DNA from: a virus
Lineage: Duplodnaviria; Caudoviricetes
Direction: 5' to 3' (one strand)
Length of the DNA: 38,795 nt
IMG/VR virus record: IMGVR_UViG_3300005805_000206
Span: 1 to 38,795 of that record
Position numbers and translations under genes: made by a program. The notes beneath the pieces are model-generated. The model saw only the letters and a list, made by a program, of their open reading frames with translations, searched no databases and was not told the DNA's origin. How positions within the stretch are numbered: the stretch's first letter is position 1; each line of letters opens with the position of its first letter. Below, piece by piece: positions 33,303-38,795 of this stretch.

Positions 33303-33625
33303 TGAGAAGATTCAATCCGTTCAAAATGGATTTCGAAGTCATGTTTGAACCAAAATATGACCTATATCCAGTGGCGGTTTTTCAATCAAGATACAGCGGT
33401 GTATATGAAGGCGGAGAGTGGTTTGCTGTTGGGAACTTTAAGAGTTTTGACGAAATAGGAATTTCAGAATACCTATTTGGCGACGATTGTGATGCTGTAG
33501 ATTTTTGGATGTCTGAAAAATCAGAAATGATTGGAGTTGGGAGTACACCAGATGCTGCTGTGGTGAATCTCTACGAGCGATACGAGAAAAAAGGTGGCCC
33601 TACTCAAACATCTCAGGACGAATAA
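33302..33625 (+). CDS. hypothetical protein
   Basis: 107 aa, TAATG-coupled. Confidence 0.7.
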   Translation: MRRFNPFKMDFEVMFEPKYDLYPVAVFQSRYSGVYEGGEWFAVGNFKSFDEIGISEYLFGDDCDAVDFWMSEKSEMIGVGSTPDAAVVNLYERYEKKGGPTQTSQDE

Positions 33626-33960
33626 AACTTAATTTATTCCAAGCCCTTCTAACAAGCGGTATAGAAGATAATGCAACCACGAGGGCTACCGCAATTGTTA
33701 TTACCAGTGAGTTCTTACTCTTATTTGTATTCATGATTAGACCCATCTATTTTGGAGATACTTGGCATAGATTCATCATATAATAAGATTTAGCGCCATA
33801 ATGTATGTCATGTTCTTCATCGTATTGATTTTAACAGCAACAGCAGTTGTGGCAGCCCATAGATTTGTGATGAACTCGGTCGAGTCTTACGACAGCTACG
33901 GCAACGGCGGCTCTTTCCGTGAGTGGCAGCAATTTGAGAGGGAAAAGCTTAACTTTTAAG

Positions 33961-34572
33961 CTACTTGACGTATATTCCAATACGTTCTAGTTCTGTTCCT
34001 TCGTCGCTTATAAATCTATAGCCTTCTGGTTGCGGGTCTATCTCGTTCTTCCATAGTGGGATTACCGAGCTGTTCCCATGCATGAAATCTGGATTCCCAC
34101 GCAGGTGGATTTCTATTAGTTTTCCACCAATAAACTCACAGTTAATAGTTTTATATCTAAGCGGGATATACCCAATAAAGCTAGGTAGTGGATATGTCTT
34201 CTCTGTTTTTTCCCATCTTGTGAATCTTTGATACGGGCGATTCTTATCTTTCTCTCCGACTACCGACAGAATGGGGTCGTAGCCGCTGTAGTCAATGCTT
34301 AAATGGTCGCCTTCAAATATCTCGCACCAGAACTCTCCTGGATGAAGGTGGCTCGTATCTCCATCAAGATATTCGATTCGCGCCTCGCGCCCCATGCCTT
34401 TTATATTGCTGATAGGCCTAACAAAATACTCGCCTCGTTTTGGAACCGGCACACCCATTGGGCCGCATAGATGACCAGACCGTCTAGCAACTATTAGTTT
34501 GTCGAAAATCCACAAGTCTTCTGGATTGCAATTTTTCCAGGCATTAACTTCTATTAAATAGTCGTTTTCCAT
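33961..34572 (-). CDS. phage protein, ATP-grasp-like
   Basis: VRP..N..GMG, FWCE.F.G.H.S.D, N.EFIG.KLIE.H.R.NPD. Confidence 0.6.
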   Translation of the reverse strand: MENDYLIEVNAWKNCNPEDLWIFDKLIVARRSGHLCGPMGVPVPKRGEYFVRPISNIKGMGREARIEYLDGDTSHLHPGEFWCEIFEGDHLSIDYSGYDPILSVVGEKDKNRPYQRFTRWEKTEKTYPLPSFIGYIPLRYKTINCEFIGGKLIEIHLRGNPDFMHGNSSVIPLWKNEIDPQPEGYRFISDEGTELERIGIYVK

Positions 34573-34818
34573 CTATGGTTCGATGAATATGCACTCACCA
34601 GGGCACTCTTCGGCGGCTTCAATTACGTCAGACAGTCTTTCGTCTGCGAAAGATGCCATTCCTTCTGCTCCCTCTGGATTCCCCACAGCTGCCGCATAAA
34701 TCTTCTCCCCTTCGCGCACATACGCAAGCCCGTCCGGCATCATGTGAAAAACATCTGGGGCTATTTCCGCGCAAAGACCATCTCCAGTGCATAAGTCTTG
34801 GTCAATCCAAACTCTCAT
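34573..34818 (-). CDS. ferredoxin (single-cluster, actinobacterial type)
   Basis: CTGDGLC...CPGECI. Confidence 0.9.
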   Translation of the reverse strand: MRVWIDQDLCTGDGLCAEIAPDVFHMMPDGLAYVREGEKIYAAAVGNPEGAEGMASFADERLSDVIEAAEECPGECIFIEP

Positions 34819-35345
34819 TATTCGTTTCCAAAAGAGCGAACTGGGCGGACAAAGTACGGTTTGTCCTTGGCAACTTTGTATGGGTCAGGGCTATGGGCAC
34901 CAAAGATATGCACATTTGCGGATTCGTATAATAAATCCATTCCTGGACCACCTTGAGTTGAACTCCAGTAGGCGCTACCATCATCGAAGCCTCCAACTAT
35001 GTCTCGATTAGCCCATAGACGGGTCAACTCGTCGTCTGAAGGCAGGAACCAATCTGCAAATCCATTCCACGAATAACTAGTGCAATATGCTGCTGCGCAG
35101 TTTTCCTTTGTGTTTCCACTCATTGATGTAATCAATTTTGTATTGCTTGCGCCTGTGCCAATTTTGGTTCCCGAAGCACCAGAATCTCCATATCCAGAAG
35201 ACCAAGGTATTTGGACGAAATCGGGATTTCCGCACGGAGCTGCCTCAAACCACAAACCGGTTGTGTTTCCATGCGTTGCGGGATTAATAAAAATTATTCC
35301 GCCCGCAGGACCCTTGTCTCCAATTCTCAACTGTTCTATTTTCAT
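34818..35345 (-). CDS. DUF1566 (Lcl-like) domain protein
   Basis: GPAGG..F, G.G..NT, AA..C, DWFLPS.DEL, YWSS, VRPVRSF. Confidence 0.75.
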   Translation of the reverse strand: MKIEQLRIGDKGPAGGIIFINPATHGNTTGLWFEAAPCGNPDFVQIPWSSGYGDSGASGTKIGTGASNTKLITSMSGNTKENCAAAYCTSYSWNGFADWFLPSDDELTRLWANRDIVGGFDDGSAYWSSTQGGPGMDLLYESANVHIFGAHSPDPYKVAKDKPYFVRPVRSFGNE

Positions 35346-35356
35346 AGCGCTAATCC

Positions 35357-35752
35357 CTATTTGAATTCAGTCCAGGTTTTGTCGCCAACCCCATAATACT
35401 CTCGTGCGTAACCAGACTGAATAATGTCCTTGTTTAGGCATGCTGTTGTTGGGTCGTCTATCTTGTCGGAGCTATAGATTCGTGCAAGAATCCGACCGTA
35501 TTTATCATTCTTGTCTGGGATTGTATTTACAAATACCCACTTATGATTTGTCAGCCAATCTTTGGTAAACGACTTAGCCTTAAGACCCATCTCTTTTTCT
35601 GCAAGGTCTTTGGTTCTTGATTCAGGAGTATTCACTCCATACAAACGAACACGTATCTTGTGATGGATGCTAAAACCGAGGTCTATCATCAGGTCAATAG
35701 TGTCACCATCAACAACATTGAGGACCGTAGCCCCATACCAAAATCTTTGCAT
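35357..35752 (-). CDS. thermonuclease (SNase-like)
   Basis: VVDGDT, RVRLYGVNTPE, DKYGRILA. Confidence 0.88.
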   Translation of the reverse strand: MQRFWYGATVLNVVDGDTIDLMIDLGFSIHHKIRVRLYGVNTPESRTKDLAEKEMGLKAKSFTKDWLTNHKWVFVNTIPDKNDKYGRILARIYSSDKIDDPTTACLNKDIIQSGYAREYYGVGDKTWTEFK

Positions 35753-37503
35753 TAGAAGTTTCTGTTTTGAAGATTTGAACCAGATGTTCTACCAGAAGAA
35801 TTGTTCGGCAAGCGAGGGCGGTCTATTGTTGGTCTTCCACCACCTCTTGTCTCACCGAGTCTAGGGCGGTCAATTGTCGGTTTTTGAAGACCGGAAGTGT
35901 CACCCATCCTGCGGAACTCTCTTTCTGGCCTACGATTTGGGGCTGAACGGTCTGTTCTGTCAGCTCCACGTCTGTCATCTGCGCTAGTCGGTCTGCGGGA
36001 ATCTGTTTGTCCACGACGAGTCGCAGCGTCAGTTGCTGAAGTTCCGCGATTTGCTCTCGCTCTATCGGCAGCGTCTACGCGGCGTTCTTGTGGTGAATTG
36101 TCGATAGAGTCTGGACGACGTCTATCACCGGCGCTAGTCGGTCTGCGGGAATCTGTTTGTCCACGACGAGTCGCAGCGTCAGTTGCGCCAACGCCGCGAT
36201 TAGCTCTTGCTCTATCGGCAGCGTCACCCATTCTGTTCGGATTTGAGCGGTCAGTCCTATCAGCTCCACGTCTATCATCTGCGCTCGTAGGGCGACGTGA
36301 ATCAGTTTGACCACGACGAGTCGCAGCATCCGATGCCTGTGGGGTTCCACGATTTGCCTGAACACGCTCTGCTGAATCAATACGACGAGCTGGTGGAGAA
36401 TTGTCAATTCTGTCTGCTGGTTTCCTGTCTGCAGCAGATGAGCGTTGTGCTTGACCAGTGAGTCTATCGCTTTGGGCTTGATTTCTTCTGTCTCTTGCAG
36501 CATCCGTATTTGCTCTACCGATTTGTGCTTGAGCTTCAGCCCCAGCCCTAACTGTCTGTTTATCAAAAGCAGCTCTTGCTCTAGCTCTTGCGTCTCTTTC
36601 TTTGGATGAACGGTTTGCTACGTCTCTGTTTGGCTTGATGCCCTGTGACGCAAGCTGTCCACGCACAAATTTTCTACGTCGCTTTTCATAGTCGGCGTTG
36701 CTTTGGCGCTTGTACGGTGCTCTTGTCTCTTGTGGTGTACCGTCAAAAATCATTCCGTCACCGTCATGGTCTATCGCATCTTGGGTGCTGCCGCCAATTG
36801 TCCCCCCAGCCTGTTGGCCGATTGTCTGACCAGCTAGTTGCTTTTTTTCAACAGATTCAGAATTATCTTTCTTCTTTGTATTCTGATATCTCTCAAGAAG
36901 TCTCTTTCCCTTAGCAGCGAGCTTTGCTGCATCTTCTGCATTCTTTGGAACTCTTTCGCCCCATGCTGCAGCAGATAGGGCCAAGCGTGTTGCCCTGCCC
37001 TTCTCATCAACCAGTGGACCTGATGGATTTGTAAAAAATCTTGTAAGGAATGAACCTTTGCGACGCATTTTTTCTGGTGTGTCAGCAGCTCCTTTCACTC
37101 CTGGCTTCAAGTTTGAGCCTTCAGTTCTTTTAAAGTATGCGCGTCCAGCCGCTGTGAGGCCACCCTTTGGGTCTTTTATTTTTGGTTTTGCTGATTTCTC
37201 ATTCATTGGCACGCAGTTAGGGACCATCTTCCCACTTTTCCCACGCTTCATTCCAACCTGTTTATAACCTGGCCAACATGGGGTGTCCGCTGCTTTTACT
37301 TCGTTGTTAAATTCTTCTGTCAAGTAGTCGAAAACTACAGATGAATAAAACTCGTCAAAAAGTGGTTCATCATTTTCAAATGAGGAATCTTCTTTTACGG
37401 AGATATTTTTTTCAATCTCTGCAAGCTCATTGAAGAGCTGTTCTATTTCATTGTTTTCTTCCATTTCACAATTCTCCCATATATTTATTGGTTTGGAGGG
37501 CAA
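35752..37503 (-). CDS. modular protein: acidic leader, CWPGY..VPNCVP motif, DUF6321-like domain, Arg-rich repeat tail
   Basis: KDPKGGLTAAGR...RKGSFLTRF; three DAATRRGQTDSRRPTSA repeats. Confidence 0.75.
   Translation of the reverse strand: MPSKPINIWENCEMEENNEIEQLFNELAEIEKNISVKEDSSFENDEPLFDEFYSSVVFDYLTEEFNNEVKAADTPCWPGYKQVGMKRGKSGKMVPNCVPMNEKSAKPKIKDPKGGLTAAGRAYFKRTEGSNLKPGVKGAADTPEKMRRKGSFLTRFFTNPSGPLVDEKGRATRLALSAAAWGERVPKNAEDAAKLAAKGKRLLERYQNTKKKDNSESVEKKQLAGQTIGQQAGGTIGGSTQDAIDHDGDGMIFDGTPQETRAPYKRQSNADYEKRRRKFVRGQLASQGIKPNRDVANRSSKERDARARARAAFDKQTVRAGAEAQAQIGRANTDAARDRRNQAQSDRLTGQAQRSSAADRKPADRIDNSPPARRIDSAERVQANRGTPQASDAATRRGQTDSRRPTSADDRRGADRTDRSNPNRMGDAADRARANRGVGATDAATRRGQTDSRRPTSAGDRRRPDSIDNSPQERRVDAADRARANRGTSATDAATRRGQTDSRRPTSADDRRGADRTDRSAPNRRPEREFRRMGDTSGLQKPTIDRPRLGETRGGGRPTIDRPRLPNNSSGRTSGSNLQNRNF
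35900..36420 (-). repeat. intragenic imperfect repeats (about 140-bp period)
   Basis: CCACGACGAGTCGCAGC block at about 36011, 36161 and 36311. Confidence 0.8.
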
Positions 37504-37515
37504 TAAATGATAACA

Positions 37516-38049
37516 CTAGCAAGCGTCAACAATCATGTGAATCCTATGAGTTGAGCCTTTATTTTCAACCTTGTGGACCCTGTTGGTGTTATCTATAACC
37601 CAAATCTCCCCTGGTTTTAAATTTTTGGAAATGCCACCAACCGTGAAAAAACATAGACCGTTTGTGACAATGGGTATATGTATTCTGTGTGTATTTCGGT
37701 GCACTACTCCCTGGTCTTTGTGTGGTTTGATAATCCCACCAGGGTTCATCCTTGTCAACATTGATGAAATCTCCGATACTTGGCCAATGGATTCTCCGAC
37801 AATTTTGCATATCTTCGCTATGTCTGAGCTGAATTGCTCATAGTGTTTGTGCTTTTCTGCACCGCAACCATCAGACTTCGGAGAATACTTAAGCGGGATT
37901 GTCTCGGTATGGTAGCTGGCTTGCCCCATTGTGTTTTTTCTACCCTCGTATTCACTCCAATCTAGGTCATTGAAGGATTGAACCTTGTCCAGTAGATTTT
38001 GAAAGTCGGGGAAAACTCCAATATACCTAAATGCCTCATTTTCTTTCAT
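37516..38049 (-). CDS. aspartyl/asparaginyl beta-hydroxylase-like 2OG-Fe(II) oxygenase
   Basis: I.PH.D, RIHIPI.TN, GEIW.IDN...H.VEN.G...RIH; start moved to MKENE after the terminator. Confidence 0.85.
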   Translation of the reverse strand: MKENEAFRYIGVFPDFQNLLDKVQSFNDLDWSEYEGRKNTMGQASYHTETIPLKYSPKSDGCGAEKHKHYEQFSSDIAKICKIVGESIGQVSEISSMLTRMNPGGIIKPHKDQGVVHRNTHRIHIPIVTNGLCFFTVGGISKNLKPGEIWVIDNTNRVHKVENKGSTHRIHMIVDAC

Positions 38050-38064
38050 AAAATCATCCTGTAT

Positions 38065-38103
38065 AAAAAAGAAACCCCCGGTTTTTAGGCCGGGGGTTTC
38101 TTT
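38065..38103 (-). terminator. terminator after capsid gene
   Basis: GAAACCCCCGG/CCGGGGGTTTC plus T6. Confidence 0.8.
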
Positions 38104-38122
38104 ACTTACTTTTTGACTTTGA

Positions 38123-38794
38123 TTATGCGCCTGGTGCAGCGTCAAAATCAATCGAAACGAACGCTTCTGGACGCTTAACAGCGAGAGCAAGTCTCTGTTC
38201 TGCAAGAATCACGATTGCGTTGCGCACGAAGAAGTCTGAGTGCTGTTCCGAAATTCGGATTGAAGCCTGCTCGCGGTCGTACAGCTGTGCAGCAGTACCG
38301 AAAGCACCGACGAGGCCGGTTCCTTCTGTCATTGCTGGAGTGTCGATAACTGGCATTCTCCAAACGCGTGGCTCGCCACCCATTGCAACCGAAACTGCGA
38401 TGAGGTATTGACCCTGCTCGTCCTTCGTCAACTCGATGTCTTCCCAGTCGTTCGGGTGCAATACAACGCCCGATGGCTCGTAGTAAGCCAAGAACGAGAG
38501 TGTTGCAGCGCGACGAATTGCATCAGCCTTGGTGTCTGCTACTGGAGTAGTTGCACCGTCAGACCATGCGTATGTCTGGATGTTTGGTGTGTTCAAAACG
38601 CCCAAGAGGTTCTCGCCAGCGCCATCGCCGTTAAGAATTTGGTTGTCTTCCAACAAACGAAGGCCATACATCAATTCGTTGTCGATGATTGAACGCAGCT
38701 GTGGCTCATCGGCAAGGACGTTGCGGTGTGCAGCTTCCCAGTGTGCCAATGTGCGAACAGGAGCCTGCTCACCAACGAATGAGAATGATGACTG
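38123..38794 (-). CDS. HK97-fold major capsid protein (3' part; runs off the window)
   Basis: APVRTLAHW, ILNGDG, HPNDW, F.RNA..ILAEQRLALAV.RPEAF. Confidence 0.92.
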   Translation of the reverse strand, partial: QSSFSFVGEQAPVRTLAHWEAAHRNVLADEPQLRSIIDNELMYGLRLLEDNQILNGDGAGENLLGVLNTPNIQTYAWSDGATTPVADTKADAIRRAATLSFLAYYEPSGVVLHPNDWEDIELTKDEQGQYLIAVSVAMGGEPRVWRMPVIDTPAMTEGTGLVGAFGTAAQLYDREQASIRISEQHSDFFVRNAIVILAEQRLALAVKRPEAFVSIDFDAAPGA

Positions 38795-38795
38795 T

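Noticed and set aside
38050-38205. N-terminal extension of the hydroxylase ORF
   Set aside because: It overlaps the capsid gene and its terminator; the start at 38049 is more plausible.

Overview
Segment of a tailed dsDNA phage genome that very probably infects an actinobacterium. Host clues are two WhiB genes, an actinobacterial-type ferredoxin, a DUF732-like lipoprotein, GAAAGG-type RBSs and several leaderless genes. The window has two distinct halves. (1) About 1-17.1 kb is an accessory/early region built from repeated expression cassettes. It has 19 copies of one promoter (TGGAAA-TTTGGTATTG-N7-TAnnnT), each driving one to a few tiny ORFs and usually closed by a terminator. About 40 AGCCCCG/CGGGGCT boxes are interleaved, often as inverted pairs 24-27 bp apart, and I found none beyond about 17.1 kb. 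This arm also holds a parS-like palindrome, three LexA-type SOS boxes, a second tandem operator (TACCCGTAGGC x2), iteron-like repeats, two TM-LysM genes, a HARP/SNF2 helicase and a DUF932 gene. (2) About 17.1-38.8 kb is a more conventional replication, metabolism and head region. It carries a MerR-like regulator, tRNAs (Ile/Met-CAT, Arg-TCT, Thr-TGT, plus a D-armless TAT tRNA-like element and a tRNA remnant), a lytic transglycosylase, SSB, primase-helicase, class II RNR, two HNH nucleases, two 2OG-Fe(II) oxygenases, ferredoxin, thermonuclease and the 3' part of an HK97-type major capsid gene. All calls come from motif recognition by eye; no searches were run.
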